Source: Acidobacteriota bacterium (GTDB lineage Bacteria; Acidobacteriota; Vicinamibacteria; Vicinamibacterales; UBA2999). From it: 64,000 nucleotides of DNA. Position numbers and translations under genes: made by a program. Of the stretch, positions 20,822-31,700 are shown piece by piece. Location of the stretch: positions 3,163 to 67,162 of the forward strand of contig JANMDX010000170.1 in the NCBI GenBank assembly GCA_031376505.1. The letters are read 5' to 3'. The notes beneath the pieces are model-generated. The model was given only the letters and a program-made list of their open reading frames with translations, had not been told where the DNA came from and made no database searches. Numbering within the stretch: the first letter of the stretch is position 1; every line of letters begins with the position of its first letter.

Positions 20822-21376
20822 CTAGCGGACGAGCACGGCGGCCATCGTGGCCGCCTTGTCCGCGAGTTTGCCGGCAAACATGACGTTGCGGCCCTTGAGG
20901 GCCTCATCGGCCTGCTGCATGAAACGACGGGCGGTGTCGTACTGGGCGCGCCCGTTGGCGTCGAGCGCCTGGTAGTCCACCCGCCCCAGATCGCGGGCAG
21001 CCTGAGCCAGCATCGTGCGTACCGACTGGTCCGCACGCGCGACTTGACCCGTGCTCTGAAGCGCCAAAGACGGCTGTGGCGTGGGCACGGGCGGTGGCAT
21101 CGGTGGTCCCTGCGTTTCGTCAGGCGCAGCGTCGGCGCGCACGACGTCCCGCCGGGGTGGCCGAGGGGGCCGGGGGGCCGGGATGACGGCCTCTGCCGAC
21201 ACCGGCTCGGCCGGCAGAGGCGGGTCGGGCAGATATTCCGCAATCACCCTGGGAGGGACGTCGGGCGGCACCAGCGTGGGCAGCGGCGAGGGCGACGCCG
21301 CCTTCGCGGTGGCGCACGCGGACAGCAATCCGGCCGCAGCCAGGCCGCACACGACCGCGACCACGCGAACGAGCAT
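20822..21376 (-). CDS. Lipoprotein with proline-rich linker and helical C-terminal domain (DUF4398-like)
   Basis: The signal plus lipobox is 'VVAVVCGLAAAGLLSAC'. A Pro-rich stretch follows, then the C-terminal 'DYQALDANGRAQYDTARRFMQQADEALKGRN'. Confidence 0.55.
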   Translation of the reverse strand: MLVRVVAVVCGLAAAGLLSACATAKAASPSPLPTLVPPDVPPRVIAEYLPDPPLPAEPVSAEAVIPAPRPPRPPRRDVVRADAAPDETQGPPMPPPVPTPQPSLALQSTGQVARADQSVRTMLAQAARDLGRVDYQALDANGRAQYDTARRFMQQADEALKGRNVMFAGKLADKAATMAAVLVR

Positions 21377-21417
21377 GATCGCATTGTAGCGCGGGCGGCG
21401 CGTCCGCGGGTGGGCGC

Positions 21418-22893
21418 TCAGGCGGCCCGCGGCAACGAGATCGTGAAGGTCGTCCCGGTGCCGGGTGTGGACTCGACGTCGATGTCGCCGTTGTGCAGCT
21501 GCACCGTGCGAAAGACCATCGAGAGCCCGATCCCGCTGCCGCCGGTCTTGGTGGTGAAGTACAAGTCGAACACCCGCGCCAGCTGATCGGCCGGGATGCC
21601 TGTGCCCGTATCGCGCACGCGGATGAGCGCCCGCCCGTCGCGTCCCGTCTCGCTCGAGAAGCGCAGCGTGCCGCCGTGCGGCATCGCCTGTACCGCGTTG
21701 ACCGCCAGGTTGAGCAGCGCCTGCCGGAGCATCGACGGGTCGGCGTCAACCGTCAGGGTCTGGTCGGGCGCCGCGATCTCGACGGCGACTCGGGCCGCCT
21801 CCGCTTCGGGACTGATCGAGTGCGCGACGTCAGCCGCGAGTGCCGCGAGTGACACGCGTTCGATCCGCATGTCTTCGGGACGCGCGAACTTCAAGAAGCC
21901 CTGCACGACGGCGTCGAGCCGCTTGATCTCATGGCCGATGACATTCGCGTGCGTGCGCACGTCGGCGGCCGGGGCACCGCTGTCGAGTTTCGCGCGCAGC
22001 AGCTCGAGGTGAATCGTCATGGCGTTGAGTGGGTTCTTCACTTCGTGGGCCACGCCCGCGGTCAGCCGGCCGAGGGCCGTCACGCGCTTGGAGAGCTGGG
22101 CGATCTCGCGTCCGGCCGCGCCCTCGGCGGGCAGCCGCCGCAACTGCGCGCTGACGGCGTCGAAGACCCCTCGCAGGTCCTGTACCTCAGCTTCCTGCAG
22201 GTCGAGCGTCACACCGAGTTCGCCCCGTCCCAGACGCGTCAGGCTGCTCTGGATCACGTGAATCGGACGCAGCACGGCCTGCGCCAGGAAGATCGCCACG
22301 AGCACCGATACGAGCAGCGCACCGGTAGCCGTGGCCAGGGCGGGTGTCACGGCGTCGGCCACCGACCGGCGCACGAGCAGGGTGGAGATGCCGATGCGGA
22401 TGTCGCCAAACACCTGGTCCTCGAGCAGCAACGGGGCGCGCCATTCGAGCGTCCGGCCGCGGGTGGACCAGATCTCGCCCAGCTGCAGGAACGCATTGCG
22501 CGCGAGCAGCTCGTCGAGGCTGCCGGCGGGCGCCAGCGCGCGCCCAACCTGCGTGGGGTCGCTGTGCGCGATGGCTACCTGGTTGGCGTCGACGATGGCC
22601 GCGTGGGTCACATCCTCGGAGTAGATGGCGGCTTCCAGAATCGATCGCACGCCGGCATCTGCGGCCAGCTCCGCATAGGCTGTGTCGCGGCTGGTGACCA
22701 CCTGGCGCGCGCGGTGGAATACGGCATTGGTGAGCAGCTCGCCGCGGGCACGGCTTTCCTCGAGCGAGAGACGGGCGATCCGCGCCATGTTGACGACGCT
22801 CAGCGCCACGACCACCGCGCCGACCAGCGCCGTCACGCCGAGAATCTGCTTGAGCCGGATCGACATGCGGATCATGGGCGTGTCGGGGCGCAC
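21418..22893 (-). CDS. Membrane sensor histidine kinase (HAMP-HisKA-HATPase_c, NtrB/AtoS-like)
   Basis: The N-terminal TM is 'ILGVTALVGAVVVALSVV', with a second TM plus HAMP. The H-box is 'AHEVKNPLNAM' and the G-boxes are 'RDTGTGIP...FTTKTGGSGIGL'. Confidence 0.85.
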   Translation of the reverse strand: MRPDTPMIRMSIRLKQILGVTALVGAVVVALSVVNMARIARLSLEESRARGELLTNAVFHRARQVVTSRDTAYAELAADAGVRSILEAAIYSEDVTHAAIVDANQVAIAHSDPTQVGRALAPAGSLDELLARNAFLQLGEIWSTRGRTLEWRAPLLLEDQVFGDIRIGISTLLVRRSVADAVTPALATATGALLVSVLVAIFLAQAVLRPIHVIQSSLTRLGRGELGVTLDLQEAEVQDLRGVFDAVSAQLRRLPAEGAAGREIAQLSKRVTALGRLTAGVAHEVKNPLNAMTIHLELLRAKLDSGAPAADVRTHANVIGHEIKRLDAVVQGFLKFARPEDMRIERVSLAALAADVAHSISPEAEAARVAVEIAAPDQTLTVDADPSMLRQALLNLAVNAVQAMPHGGTLRFSSETGRDGRALIRVRDTGTGIPADQLARVFDLYFTTKTGGSGIGLSMVFRTVQLHNGDIDVESTPGTGTTFTISLPRAA

Positions 22894-22915
22894 GGCGGCC
22901 GCGATGCCGCCCGGG

Positions 22916-24310
<1,395 letters not shown>

Positions 24311-24347
24311 GGGGAAAGTGTACCATCGCACACCCGCGCCGATGCTC

Positions 24348-24364
24348 AGTCCCGTTCCTGTTCC
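24348..24364 (-). repeat. Copy 1 of the shared motif GGAACAGGAAC(A)GGGACT
   Basis: The minus strand reads GGAACAGGAACGGGACT. The second copy, at 52664-52681 (+), reads GGAACAGGAACAGGGACT, which is identical apart from one inserted A. Confidence 0.8.
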
Positions 24365-24455
24365 GCCCGCCACGCCATCGTCAGACCCTCCGCCCTGGGT
24401 GGACGCCCTGAGCGCTGGCGCGCCGCCCGGGCTCGACACGCCCGCAGCCGCCCCC

Positions 24456-25160
24456 ATGACGCGGGGCCGGGCGATTGGCGAGACGGTGCTCTGTTCCAGC
24501 TATCCGACGCAGGTCGCCGCGGCAGCCGTCATGGCGGTGGCCGGCGTGCCTGCCCAGGACGCCGCCGGTGGCCTGAACGCCACGTTCGTGTTCGCCGTGT
24601 CCGGGCTCGACGCGGTGCTCGTCGTCGGACTGATCGTCTACCTGCTGCGGCGCCGCCGCGAGTCGCTGGCCGCCGTGTTTCTCGGGGATCGGCGGCCGTG
24701 GCGCGAGGCGATGCTCGGCGTGACCCTCGTGCCGCTCGTCACGCTGGGCGTGGCGGGCCTCGTCCTGGCGGCACGCGTGCTCATGCCAACTCTGCATAAC
24801 GTGGCCGTGAACCCGCTGACGTCGCTGATGTCCGAGCCGCTTATGGCGGCCGCCTTCGCGGTGGTCGTGGTTCTGGCCGGCGGCGTGCGCGAAGAGATGC
24901 AGCGGGCCTTTCAGCTGCATCGCCTGTCAGGCCATGTGTGCCCGCCGCTCGTGGCGCTGGCCGTCACGAGCACCGCATTCGGCCTGGGGCATACGGTGCA
25001 AGGGCGCGACGTGGCGCTCGCCACCTTCGGCCTCGGTGTCTTCTGGGGTGCGCTCTACCTGCGCCGGCGCAGCCTGGTCGCCGCCGCCGTGAGTCACGGC
25101 CTCTTCAACCTGGGCCAGGTCGCGATCGGCCTGGCCGCGAGCCGCGCCGTCGTGCCGTAG
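24456..25160 (+). CDS. CPBP-family (CAAX/Abi-like) intramembrane metalloprotease
   Basis: Polytopic protein with 'GVREEMQRAF', 'FGLGH' (FxxxH) and 'HGLFN' (HxxxN). The preferred ATG at 24456 lies within track ORF 24117..25160. Confidence 0.72.
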   Translation: MTRGRAIGETVLCSSYPTQVAAAAVMAVAGVPAQDAAGGLNATFVFAVSGLDAVLVVGLIVYLLRRRRESLAAVFLGDRRPWREAMLGVTLVPLVTLGVAGLVLAARVLMPTLHNVAVNPLTSLMSEPLMAAAFAVVVVLAGGVREEMQRAFQLHRLSGHVCPPLVALAVTSTAFGLGHTVQGRDVALATFGLGVFWGALYLRRRSLVAAAVSHGLFNLGQVAIGLAASRAVVP

Positions 25161-25180
25161 CCTCGGGCCGACCGACGCCG

Positions 25181-25864
25181 TCAGCCTGGGCGAACAGTAA
25201 ACTCCACGACGTCGGTGCGACGCCGCAGTTCGCCCAGCCAATCACCGATGAGATCGCGGCGGCGTTCGGCCACGAGCCGCTCGCGCGCGACCCGAGCCAG
25301 GTCGGCCGGCGCCACTGCGCTCTCCTCGAGCGCGGCGTGGTGCGCCTCGATGTAGGCCGTGACCTCACCGTCACCCGGCGTGCCGGCAGATGCAAACCGT
25401 TGATCGAGATACGCCGTGATGCGCAGGTCGTCGCGCAGCCACGCGGTGAGGCGCGCCGTGGTGAACCCGCCACGCGCCAGCACGGCCGCGAGCGGTTCCT
25501 CGCCGCCGATGCGGACCCGCACCGCGTCGAGACGCGCCTGCAGCATCGTCCCGTCGGGCTCGGCCGGCGAGAACCGCGCCACCTCGTGCAGCATCAGCCA
25601 GCGGTCGATCACCGCGCCGGTCGCGGTCGCCGGGCGACCATCGGCGCCGGCCGCGACCAGGCCCAGCGTCACAGCCAGGTCGACATCGGACTGGGTGACG
25701 ACGGCGCCGCCAACCACCGCCACGGTGCGTTCAAGCAGCACCTCACCCGCGGGCCCGCGGGCAGCGGGGGTCTGCGCGCTGGTCGCCAGTGGAGACAGCG
25801 TCAGCAGCGCGGCGAGGCCGTATCGCCACGCGAGGGTCGGCAGGTCGCCGCGACGCGTCGCCAT
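25181..25864 (-). CDS. SurA N-terminal-domain-like periplasmic chaperone
   Basis: A signal peptide 'AALLTLSPLATSAQ' is followed by 'LLERTVAVVGGAVVTQSDVDLAV', which resembles the SurA_N pattern. The ATG at 25864 overlaps the bamA stop (TGATG). Confidence 0.55.
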   Translation of the reverse strand: MATRRGDLPTLAWRYGLAALLTLSPLATSAQTPAARGPAGEVLLERTVAVVGGAVVTQSDVDLAVTLGLVAAGADGRPATATGAVIDRWLMLHEVARFSPAEPDGTMLQARLDAVRVRIGGEEPLAAVLARGGFTTARLTAWLRDDLRITAYLDQRFASAGTPGDGEVTAYIEAHHAALEESAVAPADLARVARERLVAERRRDLIGDWLGELRRRTDVVEFTVRPG

Positions 25865-28776
25865 CAAAAAGCCTGTCCGAGCGACAGATGGTATACGGCG
25901 CGGCGCTCGGAACCGCGCGTGAAGTCCCGGCGATCGAGCTTGAAGCCGACGTCAAACCGCAACGGCCCAAGCGGCGAGCGGTACCGGAACCCGACGCCCG
26001 CCGCGGCGCGCATCTCGTCGACCGCGAAGTCGCGGGCGCGTCGGAACACGTTACCGGCGTCCACGAACCCGACCAGGCCTACGCCCTTCACGTGCGGCGT
26101 GCGCAACTCGGCGTTGAGCACCAACAGCGCGTTGCCGCCCGTGGGAAATCCATCGGCATTGAGCGTGGCCCGCGTGCCGAGACGATCGAGCGCGAAGCCG
26201 CGCACCGTGCTGTCGCCACCAGCAAAAAAGCGCTCGCTCGCCGGCAGATCGGCCACCACGTCCACGACCTGGTTCCCGGCGGCGTCGAGGACGGTCTGTC
26301 CCGCCCCGTCGAACCGCGGGACCCGCTGCTCGAACCCCCGGGCCAGGCCGACGCGGGCGCCGGCCGCCACGACAAACGGCCGGCGGCCCGGCAGGCGGCG
26401 GTAGCCAAACGCCTGGCCGAATCCCTTGGCGAACCCGACCTCCGAGCCAAGCGGGCGCAGGGCCAGCTCGACATCGGTGCCGAGCACGCTGCCGCGTTCG
26501 GGGTCGAGCACGTCATTGCGTGAATCGCGCAGCGCCGACCCGAACAGCGCCGAGATCGTCACCTGCGGGAACAGGCGGTCGATGAGCAACTGATCGGCCG
26601 CGGCGATCTTGGTGTCGAAAAGCGTCGTGAAGTCGTAGAGGTAGCGACCGAGCAGGGTGATGCCGCCCGGCCGTCGCCGCGCGTAGTCGGCGCGCACGCC
26701 ACGCCGGTCGAAGTTGAACGACGAACGGATGCCTCGTTCCAGGAACGCGCTCAGCTGGGCATCGCCAGGTGTCTTGAACGCCCGCGGCTCGCGAAAGGTG
26801 CCGACCACGCGGTACTGATTGAGACCGTAGCCGCCCTGCGCGTCCGGCCCCGCGTCCACCCCTGGGTCGGTGGGCCGCAGACTCACCGACGTAAGCAGGC
26901 TCAGCGACCGGTTCTTCCCCCAGAGATTCCGCCGCGTCACCTCGAAGAAGCCGCGAGGCGCCACGTCGAGCCGGTCGGTGGCCTGGCCGCCGGCGCCAAT
27001 CCGGGGCCGCCGCCCGACTTCCAGGCCGCCGCCGTAGCTGAGGGACGCAGACGACGCCTCTTCCACCTCGACGAGCAGATCCCGGCTGGTGTCATCGGCG
27101 CCGTGGGGCGCCTCAGTGATGCGCACGCGCCTGAAGAGGCCGAGCGCGCTCAGGCGCTGCTGGCTCTCGAGCACCGCGTCGTAGCCGAGCGGACTGCCGG
27201 GGGCGAGCGTGAGTTCCCGGCGCACCAGGTCCTGCGACGTGCGCACCGTGCCACTGACCAGGACGTGATCGACGCGCGTCTGCGGACCCTCGCGCACGGC
27301 ATAGGTGAGCTCCACGGCGCCCCCGTCCGGCGTGAAGCCGGTGCGCGCCTCGACGGCGGCCCGCTGGTACCCGAGGTTCCGGAACCGCCGCTCGATGGTC
27401 TCGCGATCGATCGCCTGCTGGGGCCGATAGTACGGCTTGCCAGCCGTGAGCGCCATCGACTGGAGCAGCTGCGCCGGCGGCACGGCCGTCACGCCCTCAA
27501 AGCGCACGCCAGTCACGACGGTGCGCGGTCCTTCGACGACGTCGAGGTGTAGATCGACCGGCACGCGCACTTCCGCGCTCGTGTCCGGGAACGCGAGCCG
27601 TGGAGTGACGCGCACGGACGCGTAGCCGCGCACCCGGTAGTACTCCGCGATCGCGGCCGCCACCGTGGCGACCCGCGCGTCCACGAATGGCTCACCGGGC
27701 ACGAGCTTCATCAGGGGATCCAGCTCGGCCCTCGGGAGCCCACTCACGCCGGTGAACACGACCGGACCGAGCACGTAGAGCGGCCCGCGCTTTGCGGTGA
27801 AGGTGATCTCCAGCACGCCGTTGGCACGCCGACGTTCGGCGGGCACGGTGGCGGCCCGGTAGCCTTCGAGGCGCAAGTACTGCTCGAGGTTACGGCTGCC
27901 GTCCTCGACTACTTCCTCGTCCACCGATCGCAGACGCGCGATCGGCACGAGCGTGCGACGGCGGTCGTCGGGCAGTGCGTCGCCGGCAAACGTGACGTGC
28001 ACGCGGTCACCGCGGTCGCCGCGCACGGCGACATCCACCAGGCCCGGGCCGGCGTCGGTCGCCGCCAGCGAGACGACAGCCTCGTAGTAGCCGTCCTTGC
28101 GCAACCCGTCTTCGGCGTCTCGCACACGCTGGTCGAGCACCTCGCGGTCGACCGGGCGACCCGGCTGGAGGCCGAGACGCTGTAGCAGGGCGTCTCCGCC
28201 GGCGTTGCCTTCGACCGTGGCGCGTCTTAGCGTGACCTGCGCGCCCGGGGCGACGGCCAACACCGCAACCACCACTCCCGGCCGGGCCTCGGATACGAGG
28301 CGCGGCACGACCCGCACGGCAGGATACCCATGCGTCTGGTAGCGGGTCACGAGCGCCTGGGCGATCTCGGGCAGCCGTGCCGAGGCGGGACTGGCGCCGA
28401 ACCGATCGACCAGCTCGGTCCGGAGCACGCTCTCCTCGACCTCGAGGGCGCCCTCGAAGCGGATCCCGACGATCCGGGCGATCGACACGACGTCGTAGCG
28501 CAGCCGCACACCGGCGCCATCGGGTTCCGCAAAGACCTGGATGTCGGCATAGCGCCCCAGCGTCACGAAATGATCGATGGTCTGACGCACGCCCGCGATG
28601 GTGAGCACTTCCCCCATCCGCGTCTCGACGAGCGACAGGGCTGCGGCGTCGGTGACCGGCACGCCGTCCGCCTCGATCCGCACGCTCGTGACACGCCGGC
28701 CGAGCAGGGGCCCGACGTCCGCAGCGGCGGGCGGCGCCGCCAGGGCCAGCAGCAGCAGTGGCAGCACCCACCGCAT
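25864..28776 (-). CDS. bamA: Omp85/BamA-family outer-membrane protein assembly factor with multiple POTRA domains
   Basis: About 970 aa with the signal 'MRWVLPLLLLALAAPPAAA' and repeated POTRA-like units. The barrel carries the loop-6 motif 'GGDSTVRGF' and ends in a C-terminal Phe ('SLGQAF'). The ATG at 28776 overlaps the tamB stop. Confidence 0.85.
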   Translation of the reverse strand: MRWVLPLLLLALAAPPAAADVGPLLGRRVTSVRIEADGVPVTDAAALSLVETRMGEVLTIAGVRQTIDHFVTLGRYADIQVFAEPDGAGVRLRYDVVSIARIVGIRFEGALEVEESVLRTELVDRFGASPASARLPEIAQALVTRYQTHGYPAVRVVPRLVSEARPGVVVAVLAVAPGAQVTLRRATVEGNAGGDALLQRLGLQPGRPVDREVLDQRVRDAEDGLRKDGYYEAVVSLAATDAGPGLVDVAVRGDRGDRVHVTFAGDALPDDRRRTLVPIARLRSVDEEVVEDGSRNLEQYLRLEGYRAATVPAERRRANGVLEITFTAKRGPLYVLGPVVFTGVSGLPRAELDPLMKLVPGEPFVDARVATVAAAIAEYYRVRGYASVRVTPRLAFPDTSAEVRVPVDLHLDVVEGPRTVVTGVRFEGVTAVPPAQLLQSMALTAGKPYYRPQQAIDRETIERRFRNLGYQRAAVEARTGFTPDGGAVELTYAVREGPQTRVDHVLVSGTVRTSQDLVRRELTLAPGSPLGYDAVLESQQRLSALGLFRRVRITEAPHGADDTSRDLLVEVEEASSASLSYGGGLEVGRRPRIGAGGQATDRLDVAPRGFFEVTRRNLWGKNRSLSLLTSVSLRPTDPGVDAGPDAQGGYGLNQYRVVGTFREPRAFKTPGDAQLSAFLERGIRSSFNFDRRGVRADYARRRPGGITLLGRYLYDFTTLFDTKIAAADQLLIDRLFPQVTISALFGSALRDSRNDVLDPERGSVLGTDVELALRPLGSEVGFAKGFGQAFGYRRLPGRRPFVVAAGARVGLARGFEQRVPRFDGAGQTVLDAAGNQVVDVVADLPASERFFAGGDSTVRGFALDRLGTRATLNADGFPTGGNALLVLNAELRTPHVKGVGLVGFVDAGNVFRRARDFAVDEMRAAAGVGFRYRSPLGPLRFDVGFKLDRRDFTRGSERRAVYHLSLGQAF

Positions 28777-31700
28777 CAGAACGTGACCCGTTTGCGCACT
28801 TCGAGCGCGTAGGTGCCGTCTTCGTTCTGCGAGAGCACCCACCCGAGGGTGTCGCTCTGGTCGTACTCGAGCAGGATGATCTCGTCGCGGGTCGACGACG
28901 ACAGGCTGCGCGCGTAGGTGAGATAGATGCGATCCGACAACCGCTTGCCAATCGTGACCCGGGCCGCCGGATTCACGCTCAGCCCAACGGACTGCTGATA
29001 CGGGTCCACGAGCAGCGGCGTGATCTGGAAGGTGTCGACGCCAAAGGTGTCCTGCACGACCTTGCCGACCTCGGCTGACAGGGCCCCAGTGAGCGCACGT
29101 GTGGCGCGCGCCTGCAGCAGCTCCTGCTCGCGCTGGTTGGGCGAGCGCAGCGAGGCCACTTCCACGTCGCCGGCCGGGGTGGTATCCGACAGCAGCAACG
29201 ACAGGACGTCGGCCGACGGCAGCGGCGGGTCCGAGGTGAACTCCGGCTGCAGGCGCGCGGAGGTGCCGGCCACGCGCAGGGTGACCCGATAGGTCTGGCC
29301 GGGCACGCGCACGCGGGTCTGTGCCTCGATTTCGAAGAACGGCTCGATGCGCTCGGGGTTGGTGAAGTCGAGGCTGCCGCGCGACACGACATAGCGACGG
29401 CCCTCAAACCGCACTTCGCCGCGCTCGATATCGGCCCGCCCGAACACGAGCGGCCGATCGTAGGTGCCACGCACGTTGACATCGGCGCTCGCCACGATGC
29501 GCGCCAGATCGTTCTCGATGCGGAACGTCGAGGGCGCCACGATGCGCACGTCATAGCGCAGCGGCAGCGAGGGCGCGGACGTGATCGCTCCGGGCACGCC
29601 GGGACCGGCCGGGGCCGCGACGGGCGCCGACGAGCCAAACGGGTTCGTCGTGCCGTTGAAGGCCGGCGTCCACACGGCCGAGCGCACGAGCACCGACCCG
29701 CCGAGCAGCGGCGCGTCGGCCGGCCCCTGCACGGTCAGCGCGGCGTCGACGAGCGACCGCATGCCCTCGGGGTAGCGCAGGCGCAGATCGTGGCCCGTGA
29801 GCGTGACGTCGTAGTCGGTCAGGGCCAGTCCGCGCAGGCCCATTCGCCCACCGAAAAGCACCCGGCCGTCGGCCAGCGATGCGCGCAGACCGTCGAGCCG
29901 GATCGACGAGGCGTCGAAGGTGACGATGCCGTTGATAGCGTCAAGCGCATGCGGAAACGCAAAGGAGCGGATCCGGCCGTCGGTGACCAGTGCGTTACCC
30001 GATACGGTCGGCGTTGCGGTCGTGCCCCCGATCGTGGCCGCCACCTCGGCGCGCCCTGATCCCCGCAAGTCGGGGAAGGCGCCCTGCAGCACGGCCAGAT
30101 TGGCTTCGCCGGTGGCGCGCAGGGCCACGACGTCGCGCTCGAGGTCCACCCGGCCACTCACATCGATGGCCGTGCGGTCCCCCGTCATCGTGAAAGCATC
30201 CACACGCACGACCTGGCCTTCAAGGCCCACCCGCAGCACGCCGCGGTTGCGCAGTTCGTAGTCGAACAACCGCAGCCGCAAATCGTCGATGGACGACTCG
30301 ACCCGGAGCGCGTTGGGCGTGTACACCGCGCCCCATACCCGCACGCTCCCGCCACCGGTCGCCGACGTATACGGCGAGAGCGTGGGCATGAACACGCGCG
30401 CGTACGGGTCGAGCGAGGTATCCGAGAGGCGCACGGTCATCTCGACTTCGCCCGCCTCGGTCAGGGCGAACTGACCCGTGCCCGAGGCCGCCAGGCGCGG
30501 TGAGGCCACGTCGAAGCTGTAGAGCACCTGCAGGCCACGCAGGGCGACCTGGGCGGTCATCTCGCCGATGCCCTCGTCGCCGATGAACAAGTCGAAGACA
30601 CTGACCCTCAGGTCGTAGCGTGGGTCGTCAAAGGTGCCGCTGCCCGCGGCGCTGACGTCGACAAACCCGGTGAGCGCGGGCAGCGCCGGGAAATAGGTCA
30701 GGTCGAGTGCGTCGATGGCCAGACGGCGCCCATCCGCGTTAAACGAGTACGTGCCGTCCCAGCCGACATAGGCGGCGCCGGTCACCGTCGTGCCGGCCTT
30801 CTGCACCTCGAGGCCGTCGAGCCGCACGCCCGCACCTTCAAAGCGCAGGCTGGTCACCCCCGACGCAAACGGCTCGTCGTAGGCCACGCCGCGGTCGAGC
30901 GTGAGTCTGCCGAAACCGAAGGGCTCTTCGTACTTGCCGTAGAGATGAATCTCGCCTCCGAGCGCGCCGTCGACGGGGTAGTCGTAGAGCTCGAAGGCGG
31001 TGCGCAGGTCGACGAGTGGCCATTCCGACGACCGGATGACCGCGTCGATCTCGTCCCCGCCATCGCGCCGCGGATACCCGAGCGCGAAGGAGCCGTCGAT
31101 GTCCATACGCGAGAACGCGTCGGTGACGACGGCCTTGGACACCTGCACGTAGGCATTCTCGACCACGGCGGCCCCCTCGAGGTGCCCCCAGGTCACGTTC
31201 CAGGCCCGCATCTCGCTGCCGCTGAAGCGGCCCTCCACACGCGGGTTGGCAAGCACACCGAGCAACACGCCGTCGAACTCGCCGACGCCGTCGATCGGCA
31301 CCGCGGCGGTGGGCGAGGGCGCGAACATGGTCATGATGCCGGCCAGGAGCCGATCGCTCGCCTGCCAATCGGAACTGGTCACGTGGAACGGCAGACGCGA
31401 GGCCTGGCCCCAGTCGGTGCGCCCGTCGAAGGCCACATAGGTGTCGGGTGTGGCGAACTCGCTCGGCGCAAAGCGTACCGTCGCGCCGTCGAAGTCGTAG
31501 CGCACCTGGCCGCCAACCGCCACGGGACCGAAGGCCAGGTGGGGACTGAACGGTCCCTGCACCTCGGCCCGGCGGCGGGCTCCTTCACCGGCGTCGGACG
31601 GCAACCCGCGCGTGGCGGGCGCGAGCCCTGGCGGCATCGTGACCCGCATCTCGCCGTCACCAGTGCCCTGGGCAAAGCCGCCGGCGCCGAGCGTCCACAC

